From an uncultured Gammaproteobacteria bacterium (GTDB lineage Bacteria > Patescibacteriota > Microgenomatia > UBA8517): DNA of 64,000 nucleotides. Positions within the stretch are counted from its first letter, which is position 1; each line of letters opens with the position of its first letter. The stretch lies in assembly GCA_964606975.1 (NCBI GenBank), contig CAZSGY010000006.1, positions 24,814 to 88,813 on the forward strand, read 5' to 3'. This document shows, piece by piece, positions 37,878 to 47,107 of the stretch. The notes below the pieces were generated by a model, which saw only the letters and a program-made list of their open reading frames with translations, was not told where the DNA came from and made no database searches. Both the position numbers and the translations under genes were made by a program.

Positions 37878-39407
37878 ATGCTTTCAAGAATTAATTCCGG
37901 ATCGATTTGCGGTTTAAATGCAGTCTTGGTAGACGTGGAAGTGGACGTTGCTGGTCAAGGGCTGCCCAGTTTTACCATTGTCGGTTTGCCTGATAAGGCC
38001 GTAGAAGAATCTAAGGAAAGAGTCAGAAGCGCCATCAAAAATAGTGGTGCAGACTTTCCTATTACCAGGATTACAGTAAATCTTGCCCCGGCAGATTTGC
38101 CAAAAATCGGACCTGCATACGACTTGCCGATTGCTTTGGGGATAATGATTGCGGCAGGTCAAATTGCTCCGGAAGTGTCAGATAGCCTATTTTTTGGGGA
38201 ATTATCGCTTGACGGGAGCTTACGGCATACAAATGGAATTTTACCAATGGCCAACCTTGCTAAAGAAAAAGGATTTAAAAGAGTTTTCATTCCTAAGGTT
38301 AATGAAAAGGAAGCGTCTGTGGTTTCCGGAATAGAAATCTATCCCATTGACTCGCTTTTATCATTGGTCCGTTTTCTGAATGGCACGGTAGAAATTCCGG
38401 CGGCACGGAAAATAGATTTGGAATCGATATTAACAAAAAGCAATGCAGAATTTGATTTTTCTGAAGTTATCGGCCAGGAGCAGGCAAAACGTGCTTTGGA
38501 AATTGCAGCGGCCGGTGGTCATAATATTTTTCTTCGTGGCACACCCGGGTCGGGAAAAACAATGCTCGCCCGGGCACTCCCCGGGATTTTACCCGTACTC
38601 AGTGAGAGTGAGGCCTTGGAGGTAACAAAAATCTATTCCATAACAGGAAATTTGACGGAAGGCGAGTCGATAATCACCAATCGTCCGTTTCGGAGTCCCC
38701 ATCACACAACCAGTAGAATCGGATTGATCGGGGGCGGGAGCAATCCCATGCCCGGGGAAATTTCTTTGGCACACAGGGGTGTTTTGTTTTTGGATGAATT
38801 TCCGGAATTTCCGAGAAGTGTTTTGGAAGCGTTGCGTCAGCCTTTGGAGGATGGGGTTGTTACCATTTCTCGGGCAAAAGGATCGGTGACTTACCCTGCC
38901 CAATTTTTGTTGGTGGCAGCCAGTAATCCATGCCCCTGTGGCTACTATGGAGACTCAAAGCGTGCCTGTACCTGTATGTCGGGAATGATTACCAGGTACC
39001 AAAAAAGAATTTCGGGGCCAATACTCGACAGGATCGATATGCACATCGATGTACCTTCCGTTGAAACGCAAAAATTGGTAAATGAGGAAGGCACCGGAAA
39101 AGAAAAATCTGCCGCTATTCAAAAAAGGGTTCAAAAAGCACGTAATATCCAGCTTAAACGTTTTAAAGACAGTAGATTGAAATCAAATTCTGAAATGACC
39201 ACCCGGGATGTTAAAAAATTTTGTCAAATAGACGAGGCGTCAAAGGTAATGATGATAAGTGCGGCTGCCACAATGAATTTATCTGCCAGAAGTTATTTCA
39301 AAGTCATAAAAATTGCCCGGACGATAGCCGACCTAGAAGAAAGTAAAAAGATTACAAAAATACACATAGCCGAAGCCCTGCAATATCGGCCGAAAATTCA
39401 GGAGTAA
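37878..39407 (+). CDS. comM: YifB/ComM family Mg-chelatase-like AAA+ ATPase (competence protein ComM)
   Basis: N-terminal Lon-protease-like domain, AAA+ GTPGSGKTMLA Walker A, LFLDEFPEF Walker B, C-terminal ChlI-like domain. Confidence 0.9.
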   Translation: MLSRINSGSICGLNAVLVDVEVDVAGQGLPSFTIVGLPDKAVEESKERVRSAIKNSGADFPITRITVNLAPADLPKIGPAYDLPIALGIMIAAGQIAPEVSDSLFFGELSLDGSLRHTNGILPMANLAKEKGFKRVFIPKVNEKEASVVSGIEIYPIDSLLSLVRFLNGTVEIPAARKIDLESILTKSNAEFDFSEVIGQEQAKRALEIAAAGGHNIFLRGTPGSGKTMLARALPGILPVLSESEALEVTKIYSITGNLTEGESIITNRPFRSPHHTTSRIGLIGGGSNPMPGEISLAHRGVLFLDEFPEFPRSVLEALRQPLEDGVVTISRAKGSVTYPAQFLLVAASNPCPCGYYGDSKRACTCMSGMITRYQKRISGPILDRIDMHIDVPSVETQKLVNEEGTGKEKSAAIQKRVQKARNIQLKRFKDSRLKSNSEMTTRDVKKFCQIDEASKVMMISAAATMNLSARSYFKVIKIARTIADLEESKKITKIHIAEALQYRPKIQE

Positions 39408-39425
39408 TTGATGTAAAATACGTAT

Positions 39426-39869
39426 ATGAAATTGGTTGTGCAACGGGTAGAGAGGGCAAAAGTAATACGTGTATCTGACAAGAAAACTATTGGGGAAATT
39501 GGCAAAGGGCTTTTTATTTTGGTCGGATTTAAAAAGGGCGATTCTGAAAGAGATGTTGAGACGATGGCAGAAAAAGTCGCCAAACTTCGCGTTATGGCTG
39601 ATGCTAACGATAAAATGAATTTATCGGTAAAAGATACCGATTCGTCAATCTTGGTTGTTTCGCAATTCACTCTTCATGCGGATACCAACGGAGGAAACCG
39701 TCCAAGTTTTATAGAGGCAGAAGAACCGACCAGGGCAAGACGTTTATATGAACTCCTTATCCAAAAGTTAAGTGAGAAAGATATCAAGATAGAATCGGGG
39801 AGTTTTGGAGACTATATGCAAATCGAAGCTGTTTTGGACGGCCCTGTAACAATAATTTATTCAGATTAA
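39426..39869 (+). CDS. dtd: D-aminoacyl-tRNA deacylase
   Basis: MKLVVQRV..A.V......IG.I..GL.ILVG....D......SQFTL..D...GNRPSF. Confidence 0.92.
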   Translation: MKLVVQRVERAKVIRVSDKKTIGEIGKGLFILVGFKKGDSERDVETMAEKVAKLRVMADANDKMNLSVKDTDSSILVVSQFTLHADTNGGNRPSFIEAEEPTRARRLYELLIQKLSEKDIKIESGSFGDYMQIEAVLDGPVTIIYSD

Positions 39870-40460
39870 TTTCTCTTTCTTCAAGAATTCAACTAATTTT
39901 TTTTGAGAAGTAAATTGTCTTCCGACACTTACAAAAAGCCTATTCATTTCCGACCAGTATTTTTTAGGAACTCTCCTAACCAATTCTTTTTCTGTTTGTT
40001 CAGGAGTTTTGGTGTGAACCCAGCCCAACAAATTACTGATCCTGTGAACATGAGTGTCAACCGCTATGGCAGGGATGCTGAATGCTCTATTCAGAACCAG
40101 ATTGGCTGTTTTAACACCGACCCCGGGAAGCGTAGTCAACTCCTTTTGTGTTTTGGGTATTTCACCGTTAAATTTTTTGATTACCGTTTCTGCTAATAAC
40201 TTGATGTGTCTTGCTTTTGTTTTATAAAACCCCACCGGATATATTAGCTTTTCTATATCATTGACGCTCATCTTATTTAGCATCTTTATGTTTCCTGCTT
40301 TAGCGAACAGTCTTCGGGCAGCCAGAAGCGTGGTATCATCCTTTGTTCTGGCAGACATTAGAGTAGAAATCAGGGTCTTGTATGGATCCGATCCAAAAAC
40401 CTCGAGAGGAACTAAAACATAATGTTTTCTAAAAACATCAAAAACTTTTTTGAAGTTCAT
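39861..40460 (-). CDS. nth: Endonuclease III-like HhH-GPD base-excision DNA glycosylase (no Fe-S cluster loop)
   Basis: HhH: LTTLPGVGVKTANLVL; VDTHVHRI; catalytic K/D context; 199 aa without C-terminal Cx6Cx2Cx5C. Confidence 0.8.
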   Translation of the reverse strand: MNFKKVFDVFRKHYVLVPLEVFGSDPYKTLISTLMSARTKDDTTLLAARRLFAKAGNIKMLNKMSVNDIEKLIYPVGFYKTKARHIKLLAETVIKKFNGEIPKTQKELTTLPGVGVKTANLVLNRAFSIPAIAVDTHVHRISNLLGWVHTKTPEQTEKELVRRVPKKYWSEMNRLFVSVGRQFTSQKKLVEFLKKEKLI

Positions 40461-40478
40461 ACGTTTTGTTAACGCAAA

Positions 40479-40510
40479 AGGGGCCGGTCGTACCGGTGCC
40501 CTTTTGTTTT
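40479..40510. terminator. GC-rich hairpin (CCGGT-cgt-ACCGG core) flanked by T-runs on both strands; terminator for the minus-strand Zn-ribbon gene
   Basis: aaaaggggCCGGTcgtACCGGtgcccttttgtttt. Confidence 0.5.
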
Positions 40511-40531
40511 AATTATGTTTAAAATTAAAGC

Positions 40532-40669
40532 TTATTTACCTCCAATTTTAAACATGGTTGTGCCACAGACTTCACAAACAGCTTTTGTAGCCTTTTTACC
40601 ATTTTTCATGGTAACTTCTTGATGGTCTTTACCATCTCTCTTGGCACGACATTTTACGCAATACATCAT
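40532..40669 (-). CDS. Small zinc-ribbon protein (45 aa, CxxC..CxxC; DUF5679-like), not in ORF track
   Basis: Manual translation MMYCVKCRAKRDGKDHQEVTMKNGKKATKAVCEVCGTTMFKIGGK; strong SD AGGGGGGTGA 6 nt upstream; terminator downstream. Confidence 0.7.
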   Translation of the reverse strand: MMYCVKCRAKRDGKDHQEVTMKNGKKATKAVCEVCGTTMFKIGGK

Positions 40670-40725
40670 CGATTCATTCACCCCCCTTCGTTAGGACAGA
40701 AAATTTAAGTTCCTAAAAAACAAAG

Positions 40726-41013
40726 TTATTTAACAATAAATTTGTTCCAGGCTAAGTATACCACCAGCTCGAGGATTAGTATGAGGCTGATGGTTACAAG
40801 GCTACGCAGGATGTCTTTTTTAATGGACAGCCTAGCCTCGGGTTGTGCCAAAGAATCGGCGTTTTTTCTGTGCTTGGTCGAGGCTGAGTATTTATCTTTA
40901 GCAAAATTTGTTTCCCCCTTGACATAAGCTATTTTGGGCTGTTCTTCTAGCGAAGAAATCAGAAATCCATAATGCGGACTTTTTTTGTTTTTCCTGGTTC
41001 TTACCATTGCCAT
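40726..41013 (-). CDS. Hypothetical small protein with C-terminal TM helix (95 aa)
   Basis: ORF only; C-terminal LVTISLILILELVVYLAW hydrophobic segment; divergent from the DUF4446 gene. Confidence 0.35.
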   Translation of the reverse strand: MAMVRTRKNKKSPHYGFLISSLEEQPKIAYVKGETNFAKDKYSASTKHRKNADSLAQPEARLSIKKDILRSLVTISLILILELVVYLAWNKFIVK

Positions 41014-41089
41014 ATTCCCAAATTGTAAATTGACAATTCGAGGAAAGCAAATTAGTTTTCCTATTTGTAAATTGTAAATTTGATTCTCC

Positions 41090-41118
41090 TTGACACTAAC
41101 TTTTCAAGATGTAAAAAT
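41090..41118 (+). promoter_or_regulatory. Candidate promoter (TTGACA-16nt-TGTAAAAAT) for the 41143 gene
   Basis: TTGACA 41090-41095; tgtaaaaat 41110-41118. Confidence 0.45.
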
Positions 41119-41142
41119 GTCAGGAACTAAGCTTCGTTTATA

Positions 41143-41601
41143 ATGCAAAACTTGACCACATATATTCTTATATTCCTCGGGGTTTGGCTCGCATCTTTAA
41201 GCATCTTTCTTTATAAGTTTTTTACAACGTATAAAAAGCTAACAAATGAAGTTGGGGTTGGAGATATTAAAAAAATCTTAGAAAAAATATTAAGCCGGGG
41301 GGAAGAAAATTCCAGAAGTATTAGCAACATTATTAAAAGGCTTGATGTTATCGAAGAAAATGACAAACGCCATATTCAAAAGGTTGGACTTATCAGGTTT
41401 AATCCCTTCAGTGAGTTAGGTGGGGATCATAGCTTTTGTTTGGCGATATTGGATGACAGGGACTCCGGCGTAGTTATTACAGGTTTGCATACCCGGGACA
41501 GAACAAGAGTTTATATGAAGGATATACATAATGGTAAAAGCGGCCTCGAACTTTCTACCGAGGAAAAAAAGGCTATAGCCAGTGCACAAAAGAGCAGATA
41601 A
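41143..41601 (+). CDS. N-terminally membrane-anchored protein, DUF4446-like
   Basis: N-terminal TM; conserved-looking block GLIRFNPFSELGGDHSFCLAILDDRDSGVVITGLHTRDRTRVYMK. Confidence 0.4.
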   Translation: MQNLTTYILIFLGVWLASLSIFLYKFFTTYKKLTNEVGVGDIKKILEKILSRGEENSRSISNIIKRLDVIEENDKRHIQKVGLIRFNPFSELGGDHSFCLAILDDRDSGVVITGLHTRDRTRVYMKDIHNGKSGLELSTEEKKAIASAQKSR

Positions 41602-41683
41602 CCCAGATTAAGAAAATTTTGCCATAAAATTGTGGTTTCGCAAGTTGAATGTTTGATGATACAATAAAAAATACTTTGAATTT

Positions 41684-42925
41684 ATGGAAAGGACGAATAT
41701 AAACAAGCTATTTGCTACAAAAAAGTCGGCAATAATCGCCAGCTATGCCGGGCTATTCCTGATTTCTGTAGGGGTTTCTTTATTGGTGTTTAAATATTTA
41801 TTTCCGGGAGGAGCGGCTAATCTTTTTTACGAAATTTCCAAAAAAACAAAGATTAATGTAAATTTGCCAAAAACAGAGGCATGTCCGGTAAATGGGGCTA
41901 TGTATACAGTGGCGGAAAGAGAAGTCTGGGAGGAAAGACGTCCGATAGCTGCTATTATCGAAAACCACACGGAGGCCAGGCCTGAGTCAGGTCTTTCTAA
42001 GGCAGATGTAATATATGAAGCAGTTGCAGAAGGAGGTATAACCAGATTTATTTCAATTTTCTATTGCGGTGCTTCAGCCGAAACAGTTGAAGCTGCGCCC
42101 ATCAGAAGCGCCAGGGTGTATTTTATCAATCTGGCGGCAGGGTATGGTAGCGACCCGATTTTTCTACATCAAGGAGGGGCAAACAATATTTGTAGCACTT
42201 GTCCTGGTGGTGTAAAACCGGCGTCACAGAGTGCTCCAAAGGTAAATACCGTAACACTTCTCCAGAAATTGGGTTGGGGTGGCGGAACTGACGGGAACAA
42301 TTTCGACGGAGGTTACAACATCGGCTACCCAATAGTGGTCCGAAACCAATATCGACTAGGAGGAAGTACACCGGCAGCCTGGGAACACTCAGTCGTTGCC
42401 GACCTTACTGAGGTATGGAAAGAAGCATCCAGCCGTGGTTACAATTTCAAAGACGGAAATGGCATCCCATGGACCGAAGAATTTAGGGAATGGCAGTTTC
42501 AGGACGGAAGTGTAAACACCTCTCCCACAGCAAGCAATATCAAATTTGATTTCTGGGAAAGTATGCCCGGATATGATGTTGAGTGGAGATATGATTCCTC
42601 GACCAATACCTATAAAAGATTTAATGGTGGTACGGCTCATGTTGATGTCGAATTTGATAATGTACAACTCAGCGCTTCAAATGTTGCGATTATGTTTGTC
42701 GAAGAAGAAGGCCCAATTGACACGGAAAAACACATGTACTACGAAGTTATCGGCGAAGGAGATGCGATTGTTTTTCAAAACGGTAATGTAATAAAAGGCA
42801 CCTGGGAAAAAGACTCGGCGCTTGACAGGGAGGTATTTTATGATACAAATGGAAATGAAATCAAGATGGTTAGGGGGGCTACTTGGGTGGAATTAGTTCC
42901 TTCTACGAACGAGATTGCTTATTAA
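41684..42925 (+). CDS. Membrane-anchored extracytoplasmic protein, DUF3048-like
   Basis: N-terminal TM/signal anchor; ...RPIAAIIENHTEARPESGLSKADVIYEAVAEGGITRFISIF... resembles DUF3048 N-domain. Confidence 0.4.
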   Translation: MERTNINKLFATKKSAIIASYAGLFLISVGVSLLVFKYLFPGGAANLFYEISKKTKINVNLPKTEACPVNGAMYTVAEREVWEERRPIAAIIENHTEARPESGLSKADVIYEAVAEGGITRFISIFYCGASAETVEAAPIRSARVYFINLAAGYGSDPIFLHQGGANNICSTCPGGVKPASQSAPKVNTVTLLQKLGWGGGTDGNNFDGGYNIGYPIVVRNQYRLGGSTPAAWEHSVVADLTEVWKEASSRGYNFKDGNGIPWTEEFREWQFQDGSVNTSPTASNIKFDFWESMPGYDVEWRYDSSTNTYKRFNGGTAHVDVEFDNVQLSASNVAIMFVEEEGPIDTEKHMYYEVIGEGDAIVFQNGNVIKGTWEKDSALDREVFYDTNGNEIKMVRGATWVELVPSTNEIAY

Positions 42926-42954
42926 TAGAATGACTGAATCTGCTCCAAAAATAG

Positions 42955-43539
42955 ATGGTAAATCTAGCTGACATAATTACTTCAAAAGTACGGATAAAAA
43001 TTTTGGAGCTTTTTTTCTCCAATTTAAAAGAGGCCTATCATGTCCGTGGAATAGTTAGGGAAACAGAAGAGGAAATAAACGCAGTAAGGCGTGAACTGAC
43101 GAAGATGGAAAAAGACGGGCTTCTCCGCAAGGAACCCAGAGGTAATAGGATTTACTATTCGATACGGACAGAATACCCGCTTTTCGGTGATTTGGTTTCA
43201 ATGGTAGCCAAAACCACAGGCCTAGGAAAGGTGGTTATAGAAAACAAAAATAAGATTGGAAAGATATCATTCGTGATGTTTTCCGGAAAATTTGTCAGAC
43301 ATTTGGAACATAAAAGAGACGATGATGTTGATATTTTAGTCGTCGGTGAAGTTGTCCTGCCTGAACTGGCATCGATAATCAGGGCAGAAGAAACTGTTAG
43401 GGAAAAAGAAATAAATTACACGGCAATGAGTAGAGATGAATTTGATTTTCGAAAAAAGAGAAGGGACCCGTTTTTACTTGGAATACTGTCCGGTAGCAGG
43501 GTGATGATTATTGGGGATGAGGAAGACCTCGTTAGCTAA
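42955..43539 (+). CDS. Winged-helix DNA-binding protein with C-terminal domain of unknown function
   Basis: N-terminal wHTH (VRIKILELFF...HVRGIVRETEEEINAVRRELTKMEKDGLL); directly upstream of secDF. Confidence 0.45.
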   Translation: MVNLADIITSKVRIKILELFFSNLKEAYHVRGIVRETEEEINAVRRELTKMEKDGLLRKEPRGNRIYYSIRTEYPLFGDLVSMVAKTTGLGKVVIENKNKIGKISFVMFSGKFVRHLEHKRDDDVDILVVGEVVLPELASIIRAEETVREKEINYTAMSRDEFDFRKKRRDPFLLGILSGSRVMIIGDEEDLVS

Positions 43540-43542
43540 TTT

Positions 43543-44886
43543 ATGTTGAGAACTCCTGTCAGAAAATTCATCTTTATTATTATTTTGACTTTAATTGCTA
43601 CTTATATAAGCCTGCCGGCAAGTTTTAACCTGTTTGGTAAAACTATTAACCGCCCAAATTTGAATATCAATATTGGAAAGATATCTATTAATAAAGAATT
43701 CAAAACATATTTGGGATTAGATCTGGCTGGCGGTAGCAGATTGGTTTTCGAAGCAGATACTAGCGGTACCTCGGCAGATAAAAAGTCAGATGCCTTAACC
43801 GGAGTCAGAAATATCATTGAAAATAGAGTAAACATGTTTGGTATTTCCGAATCTACCGTTCAAACATCAAACTTTGAAGGCCGTGACAGAATTATTGTCG
43901 AACTTCCCGGGATAAGCGATACAGCCTCTGCTATTAACCTAATTGGCGAAACAGCTCAGTTAACCTTTGTGGAAGTTGTTGAAGAGACTGTTGATGGAAG
44001 CGCTACTCCATCGGCAAATCTTGTGCCAACCAATTTGACCGGTGCAGATTTGGAAAAAGCTGAAGTTATTTTTGATAGCAACACCGGCGCCCCCAGCATT
44101 TCCATCCAATTTACCAAGGATGGTGGTAACAAATTTTCTGAAATTACCAAAAGAAATGTTGGTAAGCAATTACCGATCATACTTGATAATCAGATTATTT
44201 CCGCTCCCACAGTCCAGGAACAAATTATCGGCGGCAATGCCCAGATAACCGGAAGTTTTACAGTTGAAGAGGCGAAGGAGTTGGCAATTCAACTAAATGC
44301 CGGTGCACTTCCTGTTCCGGTTAATTTAATTCAGCAAGAAACAATCGGGGCGACTCTCGGGGCAGAATCTGTAAAGATGAGTGTGGTTGCCGGAATTGTC
44401 GGGCTTTTAATGGTAGGGCTTTTTATGATTCTTTCTTATGGCAAACTTGGATTAATTGCCGATATAGGGCTTTTTATTTTCTCGGTAATTTCACTTGCGT
44501 TGTATAAACTAATCCCCATAACTCTTACCTTACCTGGAATTGCCGGTTTTATGCTTTCAATAGGGATGGCTGTTGATAGGAATATTTTGATATTTGAACG
44601 CTTCAAAGAAGAAAAGCTAAAAAGGAAGTTGTCCGATGCTCTGGAAGTTTCTTTCGGCCGGGCGTGGGATTCTATCAGAGATGCCAATGTAGCAACAATA
44701 ATTACATCACTGATTTTAATGAACCCGTTAGATTGGTCTTTTTTGCCATCATCCGGGCCGGTAAGAGGTTTTGCTATTACCCTCTTGATGGGGGTAATGA
44801 TAAGTTTGTTCACCGGGATTTATGTAAGTAGGAATTTACTGAGATTATTCATAAGAGAAAAACCGGAAGGAGGAAACAAAAAATGA
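43543..44886 (+). CDS. secD: Protein translocase subunit SecD
   Basis: N-terminal TM, periplasmic domain, C-terminal 5-TM with conserved GIAGFMLSIGMAVD. Confidence 0.92.
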   Translation: MLRTPVRKFIFIIILTLIATYISLPASFNLFGKTINRPNLNINIGKISINKEFKTYLGLDLAGGSRLVFEADTSGTSADKKSDALTGVRNIIENRVNMFGISESTVQTSNFEGRDRIIVELPGISDTASAINLIGETAQLTFVEVVEETVDGSATPSANLVPTNLTGADLEKAEVIFDSNTGAPSISIQFTKDGGNKFSEITKRNVGKQLPIILDNQIISAPTVQEQIIGGNAQITGSFTVEEAKELAIQLNAGALPVPVNLIQQETIGATLGAESVKMSVVAGIVGLLMVGLFMILSYGKLGLIADIGLFIFSVISLALYKLIPITLTLPGIAGFMLSIGMAVDRNILIFERFKEEKLKRKLSDALEVSFGRAWDSIRDANVATIITSLILMNPLDWSFLPSSGPVRGFAITLLMGVMISLFTGIYVSRNLLRLFIREKPEGGNKK

Positions 44887-45701
44887 ACTGGATGAAATAT
44901 CGCTGGCTTTACCTTTTGATTTCGGGAACATTGATTATGGCCGGGGTTTTCTCCATGCTTAAATGGGGGTTTAATATAGGTATCGATTTTACAGGCGGAA
45001 GCTTTTTGGAGTATAAGCTTCCGGATGGAAGTGTCCGTAGTTTTCGGGAAGAGTCGATTGATGAAGGTAGAAAAATCGAGATTAAAGCTGCATTGGAAAC
45101 TGAGGTGGGACAAGAAGTCACTGAAATCAGATTTGAAAATGTCGGTCCGACAGTCGGACCCGAGACCATAAAAAGAACCATATATGCCCTTCTAATTTCA
45201 GCAGGTGCAATTCTACTCTGGGTAGCTTACCAGTTTAAGAACTTTAAATTCGGTGTTTCTGCAACTTTGGCAACGATCCACGATAGTCTCATCGTAATTG
45301 GCAGCTTTTCACTTTTTGGCCACTTTTGGGGAGCCGAAATAGATTTTCTTTTTGTGACAGCACTTTTAACCATTCTTTCGTTTTCGGTTCATGACACAAT
45401 TGTTGTTTTTGACCGCATCAGAGAAAAACGCAAATCAAGCTTCACAGAAATCTCGCAGCTCGCCAATAACGCCATTAGTGAAACCATGGTCAGATCGATA
45501 AATAATTCTTTTACGATAATATTCATGCTACTGGCCCTTATACTTCTTGGCGGAGATTCTATCAGGTGGTTTGCGGTTGCTCTTTTGGTCGGTACGATCT
45601 CCGGAACTTATTCGTCACCTTTTGTGGCCGTTTCGCTTTTAGTTACCTGGGATGAGATCGAAAAAAGAATAAAGAAGAACCCGAAAAAGAAACTTCACTA
45701 A
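44883..45701 (+). CDS. secF: Protein translocase subunit SecF
   Basis: GIDFTGG motif; 6-TM; coupled to secD. Confidence 0.92.
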   Translation: MNWMKYRWLYLLISGTLIMAGVFSMLKWGFNIGIDFTGGSFLEYKLPDGSVRSFREESIDEGRKIEIKAALETEVGQEVTEIRFENVGPTVGPETIKRTIYALLISAGAILLWVAYQFKNFKFGVSATLATIHDSLIVIGSFSLFGHFWGAEIDFLFVTALLTILSFSVHDTIVVFDRIREKRKSSFTEISQLANNAISETMVRSINNSFTIIFMLLALILLGGDSIRWFAVALLVGTISGTYSSPFVAVSLLVTWDEIEKRIKKNPKKKLH

Positions 45702-47038
45702 TTTTTTTCAGAAATAGCTTCCAGAAGAGCCTCTTTTTCATTTTCAATTTCTTTGTTGACCACTTTTTCAAAAAGGTCGTTTAATATTTTTCCAACTTCC
45801 GGTCCGGGTTTCAAATCAAGCTTTTTCATTACATCAAAACCGTTTATTTTTAAATCGGCCACAGAAAAAGGTTGTTTTTGAACTTCGACAAGTCTTTTTT
45901 TAAACTCCTCAAGTCTCCAGCTGGTTTCTCTGGCTCCTCCGCCAAGCCTGTCGCCGGTTCTAAGTGCCAACATGTCCTCCACGTTTTCCAAGCCAACATT
46001 CCTTAAAAATCTTCTGATTGCCGAATCAGTTTGATGTTCATCGACACTAAACTGATGCCATCTTACAAGTTTTACAAGCTTTTCCTCTTCTTTGTTGGAA
46101 AAACGCAATCTTTCGGCAATATTTTCGGCAATTTTGGTTGAAACCATCTCGTGATTATAAAAAGTAATTAGTCCTGTTGGTGATTTTCTATAGGTTTGCG
46201 GTTTGCCTATGTCGTGAATGAGTGTCGCAAAGCGGGTAACAGGGTCTTTAGATTTGCAGTTTTTTAGTGACATTAAAAGATGTGTCCCAACATCATAAAT
46301 ATGATGTCTACCCGGAGATTTCTGCTCTACACCAAAACATTTTGTTAATTCCGGCAAAATCTCCTGCATTAGACCGGATTCTTTTAAGTGGATCACTCCG
46401 TCATAGGGGTTATCTGACGCCAATATTTTAAAAAGCTCTTCCTTGACTCTCTCTTTGGCTATTTTATGAATTAAGGGAGCATTCTTTTTGATAGCTTCAA
46501 AAGTCTTATTTTCGATATTAAAACTCAAATCTCCTGCGATCCTTACGGCCCGCATCAAACGAAGGGCGTCTTCCGAAAAGCGGGTGTTTGCGTCTCCCAC
46601 TGTTCTTATTAATTTATTTTTGATATCTTCTTGGCCGTGATAAAGATCAATAATTTTTAAGTTTTTATCTATAGCCATGGAATTAATCGTAAAATCGCGG
46701 CGGGACAAGTCCTCATCAAGCGTTTTTCCCCAGGAAATTTTATCGGGGTGGCGGGCATCCGAATAGCCCTCTTCAGTGCGGAATGTTGTTATTTCGTGTG
46801 GCCGGGTTTCATCATCGGGATTATCGGTAAAGACTGTGCCGAATTGATTATTGTATAACCCGCCGGGAATAACTTCTAATATTTGTTCCGGTGTGGCGTT
46901 GGTAGTAAAATCCCAATCATTTGTAGATCTACCCATCAAAAGATCGCGTACAGCACCGCCGACGATATAGATTTCATATCCGGCTTTGTCGAATTTTTCC
47001 AGAATTTCTTTAACTGATTTTGGTAATTGAATTTCCAT
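45698..47038 (-). CDS. cca: CCA tRNA nucleotidyltransferase (poly(A) polymerase head + HD domain)
   Basis: IVGGAVRDLLMGR...DWDF head motif; HD domain (HHIYDVGTH, HDIGK). Confidence 0.85.
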   Translation of the reverse strand: MEIQLPKSVKEILEKFDKAGYEIYIVGGAVRDLLMGRSTNDWDFTTNATPEQILEVIPGGLYNNQFGTVFTDNPDDETRPHEITTFRTEEGYSDARHPDKISWGKTLDEDLSRRDFTINSMAIDKNLKIIDLYHGQEDIKNKLIRTVGDANTRFSEDALRLMRAVRIAGDLSFNIENKTFEAIKKNAPLIHKIAKERVKEELFKILASDNPYDGVIHLKESGLMQEILPELTKCFGVEQKSPGRHHIYDVGTHLLMSLKNCKSKDPVTRFATLIHDIGKPQTYRKSPTGLITFYNHEMVSTKIAENIAERLRFSNKEEEKLVKLVRWHQFSVDEHQTDSAIRRFLRNVGLENVEDMLALRTGDRLGGGARETSWRLEEFKKRLVEVQKQPFSVADLKINGFDVMKKLDLKPGPEVGKILNDLFEKVVNKEIENEKEALLEAISEKN

Positions 47039-47107
47039 GTCTCAAATTTTGACGCCTGATGGTATAAATTATACCAGCATTCGGATAAGCTGATATATAC
47101 TACTCAT

